Source: Bacillota bacterium (lineage in GTDB: Bacteria > Bacillota > Clostridia > Clostridiales > Clostridiaceae). Taken from it: a stretch of 29,971 nucleotides of DNA. Positions within the stretch are counted from its first letter, which is position 1. Every line of letters begins with the position of its first letter. The notes beneath the pieces are model-generated. The model was not told where the DNA came from, searched no databases, and was given only the letters and a program-made list of their open reading frames with translations. Location of the stretch: positions 1-29,971 of the forward strand of contig JAJXWJ010000040.1 of assembly GCA_021781655.1 (NCBI GenBank). Reading direction: 5' to 3'. This document shows, in pieces, positions 18,456 through 28,131 of this stretch. Position numbers and translations under genes: made by a program.

Positions 18456-19859
18456 ATGGAAGTATATAAATTAACATTAAAAACAATTAGTATATTTATC
18501 ATAAAATGCATTTTAAATTTTGCATTAATAATAGTATCAACAGCTTTAATTTTCAATTGTTTAAATGTTATTATAATAAAGAATATAATAGGTAGTAATG
18601 GAATTGGAAATCAGACGCATGTAGTAATTCTTTTTTTATTATTGTTAATAATATGTTTAATTTCTTTTTATTGTAATGCTTATTTTTTAGTGAGGAAGAC
18701 AGATAAGCTAGTAAAATCTAAACTTATTAATGCTTCGGAAAAGAAACTATTTGATTACTTATTGATTAAAAATTTTATTATTGAAATTACAGGTTTTGCA
18801 ATTGGTTTTGTTATTGGAATTAAAATGCAGCCAATAATTTTAAATTTTGTGTACAGAATTATTGGTACTAATGGAGATATAAGTAGTTTGAATAATGTTA
18901 GTGTAAGTACATCAATTGCAGTTCTAATTATTCAATTGTATTGCACGATTGTTTATGAGAAAGGGATTATATTAATAAATAAGGCTAAACCTTTAATAAA
19001 AGACAATGTAGTTTATACAAAAAATGTAACAAAAATATATAAACAAATAATTAGAACAAAAAAGTTTGATCCACTTTCTGCTTTTGCTGGCTTGGGAATA
19101 AGTGTTGGAAATAAGGAAATAAAAATTAAAGATAAGAAAAAGAGTGTGCAATTTAAAGCTTTAGATAAGGTTAGCCTCTCTATAAAGAGTGGAGAATTTG
19201 TTTGTATAATGGGACCATCAGGCTCTGGAAAATCAACCTTTTTAAATATATTATCTACAATAGATATGCCTAATGTTGGTATTGTTAAAGTTAATGGTGA
19301 AGATGTTCCTGTTATGCCTCAGAAAAAATTAAGCAGATTTAGATATGAAAATATAGGCTATGTATTTCAAGATTTTAATTTGTTAGAACAATTAACAATA
19401 AGAGAAAATATAAGTGTTCCACTTAAATTAGCGGATATACCTATTAACATAATAGATGAAAAGGTAGTTGAACTAGCAGAGAAGTTAAATATAACTAATA
19501 TTTTAGATAAATTTCCTTATGATTGCTCAGGTGGAGAGAAGCAAAGAGCAGCCTGTGCAAGAGCACTTGTTACAGAACCAAGAATTATAGTAGCAGATGA
19601 ACCAACAGGAAATTTGGATACAAAAAATTCTCATGAGATTTTAAGTATTTTAAGAGAAAGAAATGAAAAGGATGGAATATCTATACTTATGGTTACCCAT
19701 GACGCGCTGCTTGCAAGTTATTCAAAAAAACTCATATTTCTAAGGGATGGTAAAATTGATGAGGTTGTAGAAAGAGGACAATTATCGCAAAAAGAATTTT
19801 ATTATAAAATTGTAGATATCACTTCAAAAGAATCGCAAAGTCTTTTTGATGCTATGTAA
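18456..19859 (+). CDS. Fusion protein with an N-terminal 4-TM fragment homologous to the FtsX-like permease N-terminus joined to a MacB/FtsE-type ABC ATPase domain
   Basis: The N-terminal ~180 aa align to the permeases' first ~180 aa. The remainder has Walker A GPSGSGKST, signature CSGGEKQRAA and Walker B IVADEPTGNLD. The two parts are in one continuous frame. Confidence 0.7.
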   Translation: MEVYKLTLKTISIFIIKCILNFALIIVSTALIFNCLNVIIIKNIIGSNGIGNQTHVVILFLLLLIICLISFYCNAYFLVRKTDKLVKSKLINASEKKLFDYLLIKNFIIEITGFAIGFVIGIKMQPIILNFVYRIIGTNGDISSLNNVSVSTSIAVLIIQLYCTIVYEKGIILINKAKPLIKDNVVYTKNVTKIYKQIIRTKKFDPLSAFAGLGISVGNKEIKIKDKKKSVQFKALDKVSLSIKSGEFVCIMGPSGSGKSTFLNILSTIDMPNVGIVKVNGEDVPVMPQKKLSRFRYENIGYVFQDFNLLEQLTIRENISVPLKLADIPINIIDEKVVELAEKLNITNILDKFPYDCSGGEKQRAACARALVTEPRIIVADEPTGNLDTKNSHEILSILRERNEKDGISILMVTHDALLASYSKKLIFLRDGKIDEVVERGQLSQKEFYYKIVDITSKESQSLFDAM

Positions 19860-19869
19860 TGCAAAACAG

Positions 19870-19900
19870 AAGGCTTAGGTAAACAATTTACCTAAGCCTT
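19870..19900 (+). terminator. Strong hairpin (aaggcttaggtaaa-caa-tttacctaagcctt) separating the two transporter units
   Basis: It has a 14-bp perfect stem but only a weak T-tract. Confidence 0.5.
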
Positions 19901-19909
19901 TAACATATG

Positions 19910-19938
19910 TTGCATTAGAAAAATTATAGATTTATAAT
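19910..19938 (+). promoter_or_regulatory. Near-consensus sigma-A promoter TTGCAT-17-TATAAT for the second transporter unit
   Basis: It reads ttgcat tagaaaaattatagatt tataat, about 40 nt upstream of the TTG start and RBS. Confidence 0.6.
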
Positions 19939-19977
19939 AATGTTATTGTTTACATATACTTTAAAGGGGATGTCAAG

Positions 19978-20829
19978 TTGAAAAAAATAATAGATGCAAA
20001 AAATATTATAAAAACTTACGATATAGCTGTCAGAGGAAGTAAATTCAAAAATAGCATTAAATATTCTTCTGCAGATAATGGTATGCTTAATATTGAAGTT
20101 GTTAAAGGAGAAACAAGTAAATTTAAAGCTTTAGACAAAGTAAGTTTGTCTATTATGGAGGGGGAATTTACATGTGTAATGGGTCCATCAGGATCTGGTA
20201 AGTCCACATTAATAAGTATTTTATCCACAATAGACAGTCCAACCATCGGTAAAATTAAAGTTAATGGAGAAAATGTTATAGAGATGTCAGAAAGAAAATT
20301 AAGCCGATTCAGATATGAAAATATTGGTTATATTTTTCAGGAGTTTAACCTTTTGGATAATATAACCATTAGAGATAATATAGCACTTCCTCTTTTGCTT
20401 AAAAATGTAAATAAAAAAGAAATATATAAAAGAGTAGAAGCTTTAGCGGAAAAGCTTGATATAGTAGGTACTTTGGATAAGCTTCCCTCAGAGTGCTCTG
20501 GAGGACAAAAGCAAAGGGCAGCCTCAGCTAGGGCACTTATTTCTGAGCCTAAAATAATTATTGCAGATGAGCCAACAGGAAATTTAGATTCAAAAAATTC
20601 CCATGAACTTTTGAAAATATTAAAGGAACGAAATGAAAAACAAGGTACATCTGTATTAATGGTTACTCATGATGCAATGATAGCTAGCTACTCAAAAAAA
20701 CTTGTATTCATACGAGATGGAAAAATAGAAACAGAGCTTATAAGAGGAGATTTATCACAAAAGGAATTTTTTTATAAAATAGTCGATATCACTTCAAAAG
20801 AATCTCAAAATTTATTCAATGAAATATAG
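19978..20829 (+). CDS. ABC transporter ATP-binding protein (MacB/LolD/FtsE-like, copy 2)
   Basis: It has Walker A GPSGSGKST, signature CSGGQKQRAA and Walker B IIADEPTGNLD. It uses a TTG start with an AAGGGGA RBS. Confidence 0.85.
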   Translation: MKKIIDAKNIIKTYDIAVRGSKFKNSIKYSSADNGMLNIEVVKGETSKFKALDKVSLSIMEGEFTCVMGPSGSGKSTLISILSTIDSPTIGKIKVNGENVIEMSERKLSRFRYENIGYIFQEFNLLDNITIRDNIALPLLLKNVNKKEIYKRVEALAEKLDIVGTLDKLPSECSGGQKQRAASARALISEPKIIIADEPTGNLDSKNSHELLKILKERNEKQGTSVLMVTHDAMIASYSKKLVFIRDGKIETELIRGDLSQKEFFYKIVDITSKESQNLFNEI

Positions 20830-20843
20830 ATAAGGAGTTAACA

Positions 20844-22094
20844 ATGGGGGTATTAAAATTTTCTATAAAAATGTTAAATTTAGTTGCTAAAGAAAGTATT
20901 TTTTATTTTGTATCAATAATTATTTCAATGGCAATAATATATAATAGTTTAAATATTGTTGTAAGCGATAACATCTTGGGAGCAAGAGGTATAGACAATC
21001 AAGTAATAACTAATATACCATTTTTTTTAGCTCTACTGATATGTGTTTTCACATTTTATGCTAATTCATATTTTGTAATAAATAAAACTAAAGAATTAGC
21101 TATAGCAGCACTTTGTGGTATTTCAAGCGGCGAATTGACTGGCTATTTTTTGGTGCAAAATTTTGTTATTGAAATACTTGGAGGTTTTTTTGGAATAATA
21201 CTAGGAATTCTAATTCAACCTATATATATAGAAATTTTGTACAAATATTTAAGCATAAATGGCAGCGTCTGGCTTATAAATAAGGAGACTATATTTGGAG
21301 CTTTAGGTATTTTGCTTTTACAGCTGTTATATATTACAGCTGGAGATTTTGCTTATATTTCTTCCAAAGAAATCAAGTTTCTAATGACTTTAGAAAAACA
21401 GGTTTATACGCCAGATACAAGAAAAATAAAAGTTAATAACAAGCTATATTTAATTGTATACTGCATTCCTTTTGTGACGGTATTTTTAGGCGTTAATATT
21501 ATTCCATTAGATATGGCATGTTCTATTTACAGCATATATGGGATAGTGAGGTATTATATTCCTAATAAGCTTCTAGATATTAAAGAAAAAAAGTATAGTG
21601 GAAATAAAATATATTTAGTTTCATTAAGTAATTTATACTATTCTTTAAAAAGGCTAACTTTTCTGATTTTAATATTATCATCAGTTATACCTGTAGTTTT
21701 AGGACTGTTAATGATAAATAAAGGAAGCTCAGTTATAAAAATTATGAGCATATTCACATATTGCAGTATTATAGTTTTAATTGCTGTTTGCATGGTGTAT
21801 AAGCTGTTGATAGAAGCTAACAATAGGATGTCTTCATTTAAAAATCTTCTGCTTATAGGATATACAAAAGCTGAGGTTAAAAAGGTAATATTTTCGGAAA
21901 TTATTTTGTTTTATTGTATAGCAGCTATTATGCCGCTCCTTCATGTGCTAGTGTATGTATTTATTTTTAAAGCTGCTAATTACATTACAATATCAATTGG
22001 ATTGGGTTTAATATTATCCTTTGTTTTAATGTTTGGAATAACAGAGTTAATTTCATATAGAGCATATAAAAATTGTGTATTTTCCACCATATAA
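20844..22094 (+). CDS. ABC transporter permease, FtsX-like family (copy 2)
   Basis: It is a paralog of 17175-18437 (MGVLKF... and conserved FYANSYFVINKTKE). An AAGGAG RBS precedes it. Confidence 0.7.
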   Translation: MGVLKFSIKMLNLVAKESIFYFVSIIISMAIIYNSLNIVVSDNILGARGIDNQVITNIPFFLALLICVFTFYANSYFVINKTKELAIAALCGISSGELTGYFLVQNFVIEILGGFFGIILGILIQPIYIEILYKYLSINGSVWLINKETIFGALGILLLQLLYITAGDFAYISSKEIKFLMTLEKQVYTPDTRKIKVNNKLYLIVYCIPFVTVFLGVNIIPLDMACSIYSIYGIVRYYIPNKLLDIKEKKYSGNKIYLVSLSNLYYSLKRLTFLILILSSVIPVVLGLLMINKGSSVIKIMSIFTYCSIIVLIAVCMVYKLLIEANNRMSSFKNLLLIGYTKAEVKKVIFSEIILFYCIAAIMPLLHVLVYVFIFKAANYITISIGLGLILSFVLMFGITELISYRAYKNCVFSTI

Positions 22095-22256
22095 AATGAC
22101 ATTATAAGTTAAAATTTGTATAATTAAAGCAATATGTATTTACTGCTAACAATAGACGTATTATTATTAGTGTAAATAAAAAATATACTTTAATTACTGC
22201 AAAGAAAGGAGATTTATAATTAATAAAACAAATAAAAATATATGGGGGAAGTTTAA

Positions 22257-24299
22257 ATGATTTACAACTTAATTTTAGTAGCAATAATAATCGTAGCAAT
22301 AATAATCGTAGTAAATTTGATTGGTTTGAGAATAATTCCAAATAACAAAATAGGTATTGTTGAAAAATGGTGGTCATCAAAAGGTTCACTAAATTCTCAA
22401 ATTATTGCTCTTAATGGGGAAGCAGGATACCAGCCAGAGGTTTTAAGAGGAGGTATTCATTTTAAAACGCCATTTATTTATAAGGTTCATATTGCACCTC
22501 TTGTAACTATTCCTCAAGGTCAAATGGCATATGTGTTTGCAAGAGATGGAGAAGCACTTGAACCTATGCAGACTTTAGGTAATGTAATCCAAGAAGCTAA
22601 CAATTTTCAAGATGTTCGAGCTTTTATTAAAAATGGTGGGCAAAAAGGTCCTCAAAGAGGAATTGTTCGTGAAGGTACTTACGCCTTTAATCTTGCACAA
22701 TTTATAGTAATAACAGAGGATAGAACGTATTTTCTTCCAATGGGTACAAAAAATGAAGATGCAACAATAAACAAAATGGCAGATGTTTTAAAACAACGCG
22801 AAGCATTTATGCCTATAGTAATAAAAGGTTCTGATGATAAAGCAGGAATTGTAACAGTTCACGATGGACCTTCTCTTCAAAGTGGAGATATTATTGCACC
22901 AATAGTAGGAGAAGATCCTAAAAATAACGAAACATATCATAATAATTTTCAAGACCCAGAAAAGTTTTTAAAAGCAGGAGGCTTTAGAGGTAGACAGTAT
23001 CAAGTGCTTGTAGATGGTACTTACTTTATAAACAGACTTTTTGCCACTGTAGAGTTAATTAATAAAACAGTTATCGATGTTGGATATGTTGGAGTAGTAG
23101 TATCTTATACAGGAGCTAAAGGAAAAGATTCCTCAGGTGATGAATACAAACATGGAGAACTAGTTCCAAATGGGTTTAGAGGAGTTTGGGAGACACCTCT
23201 AATGCCAGGTAAGTATGGTTTTAATACTTATGCAGGTAAGGTTATTATGATTCCAACAACAAATATAATTTTAAAATGGATAAGCAATCAAACAGGAAGC
23301 CATATGTATGATCAAAACTTGAAAGAGGTAGGACTTATAACTAAAGATGCATTTGAGCCTGTACTTCCACTTTCTGTAGTAATGCATATTGACTATAAAA
23401 AGGCACCTCTTGTAATTCAAAGATTCGGTGATATAAAAATGCTTGTTGATCAAACATTAGACCCTATGATTTCAGCATATTTTAAAAATGTAGGACAAAA
23501 CAAGACTTTAATAGATTTAATTCAACAAAGGAATGAAATACAAGAACAAGCGTCGGAAGAAATGAAGGCGAAATTTCAGCACTATAGCTTAGAACTTGAA
23601 GAAGTTTTAATTGGAACGCCATCATCTTCTGCAAATGATAACAAGATTGAATTTATTTTAGCACAGCTTAGAGATAGACAAATTGCTACAGAGCAAATAG
23701 CAACTTATTCTACACAGCAAAAAGCTGCAGAAAAGGAAAAAGAACTTAGAGAAGCAGAATCTAGAGCTTCCCAACAAAAATTCTTAACAGAATCAGAAAT
23801 AAACATTCAAATTGAAAGTAATCAAGGTAAAGCAGAGTATCAAAGATCTTTACAAGAAGCTTCAAAGATTAAAGCTTTAGCAGAAGCAGATGCGGAAAGA
23901 GAAGCAAGGGTTGGTATAGGTAAAGCTATAGCTATAGATGAGCAGGTTAAGGCTTATGGTGGACCACAATATCAAGTACTTCAAGATGTTATGAATAAAT
24001 TTACACAGGCTATTGAAAAGTCAGGAATAGATATTGTTCCAAAAACTGTTATTTCAATGGGTAATAATGAAAATGGTGGAGATGGTGCAAATGCTTTCAA
24101 CATGCTTTTAACTCTTTTATTAGGAGAAAAGCTAGGAGTGAATTTTGATGGTTCTAGGGAAGAAAGCGAAAATGTAAAGAGAATTAAAACGGCTATTTTA
24201 AAATCTATGAATGAAGAAAAATTTAAAGAAGAGGAAATACAGGATGCAATTAAATTAACAAAGGAAACTGAGGAGCAGAGCGCTTCCTCAAAAGAATAA
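22257..24299 (+). CDS. Flotillin-like SPFH/band-7 family protein (FloT/YqiK-like)
   Basis: It has an N-terminal TM segment, an SPFH domain and a long E/A/K-rich coiled-coil flotillin region. The protein is 680 aa. Confidence 0.75.
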   Translation: MIYNLILVAIIIVAIIIVVNLIGLRIIPNNKIGIVEKWWSSKGSLNSQIIALNGEAGYQPEVLRGGIHFKTPFIYKVHIAPLVTIPQGQMAYVFARDGEALEPMQTLGNVIQEANNFQDVRAFIKNGGQKGPQRGIVREGTYAFNLAQFIVITEDRTYFLPMGTKNEDATINKMADVLKQREAFMPIVIKGSDDKAGIVTVHDGPSLQSGDIIAPIVGEDPKNNETYHNNFQDPEKFLKAGGFRGRQYQVLVDGTYFINRLFATVELINKTVIDVGYVGVVVSYTGAKGKDSSGDEYKHGELVPNGFRGVWETPLMPGKYGFNTYAGKVIMIPTTNIILKWISNQTGSHMYDQNLKEVGLITKDAFEPVLPLSVVMHIDYKKAPLVIQRFGDIKMLVDQTLDPMISAYFKNVGQNKTLIDLIQQRNEIQEQASEEMKAKFQHYSLELEEVLIGTPSSSANDNKIEFILAQLRDRQIATEQIATYSTQQKAAEKEKELREAESRASQQKFLTESEINIQIESNQGKAEYQRSLQEASKIKALAEADAEREARVGIGKAIAIDEQVKAYGGPQYQVLQDVMNKFTQAIEKSGIDIVPKTVISMGNNENGGDGANAFNMLLTLLLGEKLGVNFDGSREESENVKRIKTAILKSMNEEKFKEEEIQDAIKLTKETEEQSASSKE

Positions 24300-24300
24300 A

Positions 24301-24343
24301 AAAAGCTACCTTTTAGCAAAACACTAAAAGGTAGCTTTTTTTC
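24301..24343 (+). terminator. Rho-independent terminator (aaaagctaccttttag...ctaaaaggtagctttt + T-run)
   Basis: It has 16-bp perfect arms, a 7-nt loop and a T7 run. Confidence 0.7.
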
Positions 24344-24429
24344 ATTTATAAATATATAATTGAAGTAAGCTAATTCCTAATTATAGCAAAAGATTCAACA
24401 AAACTTTATAGGTTACTTGTGGAGGACAA

Positions 24430-26478
24430 ATGAAACATTCGAAAAAGTTAAAGTATACACTTATTATATCTATATTTTTGATGATTATAATATTTTCAAT
24501 AAGTTTATTTATTACTACAGATAATTTATTTATCCAAAGTAACAAGAAAGAAATAGAAGCAAATTTAAATTTATTTGGAGAAAAAGAAGCTGTAATAATA
24601 GATGACAAAATTAAGAATAATAGCGATATTTTTAGCTATGTACAAAATTTAAAAATTGATAAAACAGGTTATGCATATATTATATCTTCACAAGGAATAA
24701 TGGGTAAAGTTGGTTTGAAAAAGGTTATACAAAATTATAATGAAATAAGAAATTATAACTTTGTAGGAAGTGGTGGGTTTGTTGATTTGACAAGTGAAGT
24801 TGTTACTTATAATTCCATAGGTAACACAAGTTTCAAACTAATTGTGGTCCATAATAAAAGTGAAATTTACAAGGCTATAAACGACGATATAACATATTTG
24901 GTGTTGTTTGCAATAATTAGAATTATTGGATCCTTTATATTTGTAAGTTTGATATATAAATTTTTAGTTGAAAATCCATTAAATATATTAATAAAAAAAG
25001 TAAATAAAATATTTAATAACGATTATAGTAAAGATGATATTTTAAATAGTGTCATTGAAAGTAAAAATGAATTTAGCGTTTTAGCTATATCTATTAATGA
25101 TATGGTAAAAAGTATAAATGAATATATAGAAAAGCTTAATGGTAAAAATAAAGAATTAGAAGAAAGCAAAAGGCATATAAGTAACTTAGCATATTATGAT
25201 AGGGTTACAAAGCTTCCTAATAGATTAAATTTTAGTGAGAAGGTACAGAAAGGAATAGAAGAGTTCAACAATAAAGGTACTAGTTTTGCAATATTATTTA
25301 TGGATTTAGACAACTTTAAATTTGTTAATGATTTTTACGGTCACTCCATTGGTGATAAAATTTTGTATAATTTTGCAAATGAATTAAATAAACTTTCACA
25401 TAAATACGATTTAATAATATCTCGATTTGGAGGAGATGAATTTACAATCTTAATTAAAAATCCTATAGAAAATATGATTGAAAAGATTACAGATGAAATT
25501 CATCGATTGCTTAGTAAGCCTTTTTATATAGAAGCTCAACAATTTTTTATAAGTGTAAGTATAGGAGTAACATTTTGCCCTAAAGATGGAATAACAATAG
25601 ATGAGCTGTTAAAAAATGCAGATACAGCTATGTATAAGGCAAAAGAAGATGGGAAAAATCAAACTGTTTTATTCAACAAAGAAATGAAGGATAAGCTTGT
25701 TAAAAAAACGGAACTTAAATTAAAAATGAGAGAAGCTATAGATTGTGAGCAGTTTAGTTTGAATTATCAGCCATTATACCATATTAATAAGGATAAAATA
25801 TTTGGGTTTGAAGCGCTTATAAGATGGAAAGACAATGGCATAACAATATCACCTTTAGACTTTATCCCTATTGCGGAAGAAACAAAATTAATTATACCAC
25901 TAGGCTACTATATATTTAAAGAAGTATGCAAATTTATAAAGAATATAAGAAACTTAGGCTATTATGATATCAAGGTTGCAGTTAACGTTTCGGTAATTCA
26001 GCTAACGGAGAAAGGTTTTAGCGATAATGTACTAACTATTTTGGAGAAAGAAAACATACCTTATGAATGCATAGAAATAGAAATAACAGAAAGTAAGTTA
26101 ATGGAATCATATGACTTTTGCAAACATAACATTGAGAAGCTTACAAAAAAAGGTATAGAATTTGCTATAGATGATTTTGGTACAGGCTATTCTTCATTAA
26201 ATTATTTAAAGAAGCTTCCACTATCTATAATTAAAATTGACAAAAGCTTTATAGATGATTTACTTGAAGCTAAGAGTAGAAGTTTTGCAGAGGCTATAAT
26301 AGTTCTTTCACATACCATTAACCTAAAGGTAATTGCTGAAGGCGTTGAAAAAAAAGAACAGTTTGAGGTTTTAAAAGGTTTAAAATGCGATATAATTCAA
26401 GGGTATTATATAAGTAAGCCATTAAAAGAGGAAGAAGCAATAAAAATGCTTATGAAAAATAAAGGGACTGCTCTTTAA
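24430..26478 (+). CDS. Membrane sensor with an extracytoplasmic domain between two TM segments, followed by GGDEF (diguanylate cyclase) and EAL (phosphodiesterase) domains
   Basis: The GGDEF motif is RFGGDEF and the EAL motif is FEALIRW. TM segments lie near residues 10-30 and 150-175. Confidence 0.85.
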   Translation: MKHSKKLKYTLIISIFLMIIIFSISLFITTDNLFIQSNKKEIEANLNLFGEKEAVIIDDKIKNNSDIFSYVQNLKIDKTGYAYIISSQGIMGKVGLKKVIQNYNEIRNYNFVGSGGFVDLTSEVVTYNSIGNTSFKLIVVHNKSEIYKAINDDITYLVLFAIIRIIGSFIFVSLIYKFLVENPLNILIKKVNKIFNNDYSKDDILNSVIESKNEFSVLAISINDMVKSINEYIEKLNGKNKELEESKRHISNLAYYDRVTKLPNRLNFSEKVQKGIEEFNNKGTSFAILFMDLDNFKFVNDFYGHSIGDKILYNFANELNKLSHKYDLIISRFGGDEFTILIKNPIENMIEKITDEIHRLLSKPFYIEAQQFFISVSIGVTFCPKDGITIDELLKNADTAMYKAKEDGKNQTVLFNKEMKDKLVKKTELKLKMREAIDCEQFSLNYQPLYHINKDKIFGFEALIRWKDNGITISPLDFIPIAEETKLIIPLGYYIFKEVCKFIKNIRNLGYYDIKVAVNVSVIQLTEKGFSDNVLTILEKENIPYECIEIEITESKLMESYDFCKHNIEKLTKKGIEFAIDDFGTGYSSLNYLKKLPLSIIKIDKSFIDDLLEAKSRSFAEAIIVLSHTINLKVIAEGVEKKEQFEVLKGLKCDIIQGYYISKPLKEEEAIKMLMKNKGTAL

Positions 26479-26497
26479 ACAAGAGACAGTCCTTTAT

Positions 26498-27247
26498 TTA
26501 TAGTCTAGCTTGGATAATACCTAAATATTCTTTAATAGAAATACTCAAATTATCGATTGCACTGCTGGAAGGAATTAAATCATTAATATTAAAGTGTGGA
26601 TTTACGTTAGTTTGATAGTCTGTAGGAAAAGGTGTTACTTTAATATCATATTTATTAAATTGAATCACGGAACGCTCCATATGGAAAGCAGAAGTAACAA
26701 GTATCGGTTTAGTAAAAGAATACATGTTTAATAGTTTTTTTGTGTTTTTAGCATTTTCTTCTGTGGTAAGACTTTTATCGTCGATAATGATTTTATCTCT
26801 AGGAATTCCCATGTTTATAAGAATTGTTTTAGCAATGTCTGCTTCACTTCCCGTAAAGGAATATACTTTTCCACCAGAAAAAATAATTGGAACTTTTAAT
26901 TTGTTATAAAGTTCCACAGCGGTAATGAGCCTATTTGCAGCAGAACCAGACAAGTGCCCCTTTGTACCTATGTTTGGAGTATCCAAGGTTGCACCCCCAC
27001 CTAAAACTACAATTACATCTCCACTAATTTTTGAGGGAGGTGTATATTTATTTTCTAAGCTTCTTATAAGAGCATTATCTATTAGTGAAGTTGATGATAA
27101 ATAAAATAAAAAAATAAATATAAAAAATATAGGGGCAAATTTATTTTTTTTCTTTAGCAAATAGAAAAATAAAATAAGCATTAAAAATATATAGATTCCA
27201 GGTGGCAATAAAAAAGTTTCATATAGAAATTTAATTATATAAATCAA
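26498..27247 (-). CDS. DUF218 (YdcF/ElyC/SanA-like) membrane-anchored protein
   Basis: It has the VIVVLGGGAT and IIFSGGK motifs. The probable start is a TTG at 27247, 7 nt after an AAGGAGG. The ORF-track ATG at 27280 has no RBS. Confidence 0.65.
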   Translation of the reverse strand: MIYIIKFLYETFLLPPGIYIFLMLILFFYLLKKKNKFAPIFFIFIFLFYLSSTSLIDNALIRSLENKYTPPSKISGDVIVVLGGGATLDTPNIGTKGHLSGSAANRLITAVELYNKLKVPIIFSGGKVYSFTGSEADIAKTILINMGIPRDKIIIDDKSLTTEENAKNTKKLLNMYSFTKPILVTSAFHMERSVIQFNKYDIKVTPFPTDYQTNVNPHFNINDLIPSSSAIDNLSISIKEYLGIIQARL

Positions 27248-27344
27248 AAGGCTTCCTCCTTGTAATAATTTTGGTAACATAAATTTATCATATAATGAAA
27301 ATTAAAAAAAGACATATTTTGAAATGTGTCAAATGAAAATAGAA

Positions 27345-27366
27345 AGAATAATATATACTAAGGTAA
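27345..27366 (+). promoter_or_regulatory. Conserved upstream motif AGAATAwTATATAsTAnGG found before Cys-rich genes. It is possibly the -10 region of an alternative (sporulation-type) sigma promoter.
   Basis: The same ~20-nt motif recurs at 28853-28878 and 29774-29793, each 50-90 nt upstream of a paralog start. Confidence 0.4.
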
Positions 27367-27405
27367 CAAAAGCTTAAAAATCGTTCAATGAAGGAAGTGA
27401 TAAGA

Positions 27406-27735
27406 ATGGATTTAGCTTCAAAAGAAATGGCTGCAACCGGTCTTTTTGGAGGTAATGGGCCTGAAAATTGGTATATATTGATTGCAATTTTCTTCTTCTT
27501 TTTTTGCTGCTGTGGGAGAGGTAATTTTGGAGGCTTTGATGAATGCTGTGCTGGTTCAGGAAGATGCTGCAGAAGACGAAGAAGAGGTGGTGGAGGGTTA
27601 TTTGTAAATAGTTATATAATTTGGATTGTTGTTATATTAGCATTACTCGGAAACTTTGGAGGAAACAGAAATACAAATATTATAAATGTAAATTCTGAAG
27701 ATGATAATGAATTTGATGAAACTACTGGTTTCTAA
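27406..27735 (+). CDS. Cys/Gly/Arg-rich small double-TM protein (module 1a). It is possibly related to YjcZ-family tiny TM sporulation proteins.
   Basis: The core reads FFFFFCCCGRGNFGGFDECCAGSGRCCRRRRRGGGG with two hydrophobic helices. An AAGGAAG RBS lies 8 nt before the ATG at 27406. Confidence 0.6.
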   Translation: MDLASKEMAATGLFGGNGPENWYILIAIFFFFFCCCGRGNFGGFDECCAGSGRCCRRRRRGGGGLFVNSYIIWIVVILALLGNFGGNRNTNIINVNSEDDNEFDETTGF

Positions 27736-27752
27736 AATAAAGTCAAATTTAG

Positions 27753-27780
27753 AGAGGGTAGAATGCCCTCTTTATTTATT
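27753..27780 (+). terminator. Short GC-stem hairpin (agaggg-tagaatg-ccctct) followed by ttatttatt. It may be an attenuator or terminator.
   Basis: The sequence shows this hairpin and T-tract directly. Confidence 0.45.
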
Positions 27781-27793
27781 GGAGGAGTGAATG

Positions 27794-28111
27794 ATGGAAA
27801 AGGAGAATGGACCAATAGAAGGTGAAGAGGTATTAGAAAATCCCTTTGCAAATTTAGATTTGAGCAATTTATCTGGCTTATTAAAAAATGTTGACATAAA
27901 TCAAATATTAAATTTATTGAATACTGTGGATTTGGGAAGCTTATCTGGCATTTTAGGAGGCGCAGGTGGAGGTTTAAATAATGGGGCTATTGGAAAAAGA
28001 GCTAGAGAGATAGAAGTTTTAAGTGCTATTAAGCCTATGTTAAGTGCAGATAGAGCAGGGATTATAGATATAATTTTGCAGGTTTATACCATTAGCAAGT
28101 TTTTAAAATAA
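27794..28111 (+). CDS. Small hydrophilic protein with 12-residue xLDxxQIxxLLN repeats (module 1b)
   Basis: Repeats are NLDLSNLSGLLK, NVDINQILNLLN and TVDLGSLSGILG. A GGAGGAG RBS precedes it. Confidence 0.55.
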   Translation: MEKENGPIEGEEVLENPFANLDLSNLSGLLKNVDINQILNLLNTVDLGSLSGILGGAGGGLNNGAIGKRAREIEVLSAIKPMLSADRAGIIDIILQVYTISKFLK

Positions 28112-28131
28112 CATTATACAAGGAGGGATTG

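Noticed and set aside
22102-22389. 95-aa minus-strand ORF
   Set aside because: It overlaps the flotillin start and its AT-rich leader. Its translation is L-rich and low complexity with no RBS, so it is spurious.
23981-24319. 112-aa minus-strand ORF
   Set aside because: It is antisense to the flotillin C-terminal coiled-coil region and is a codon-bias artefact.
27247-27280. Upstream ATG start for the DUF218 gene
   Set aside because: There is no Shine-Dalgarno sequence before the ATG at 27280. An AAGGAGG sits 7 nt before an in-frame TTG at 27247. The longer form is kept as an alternative.
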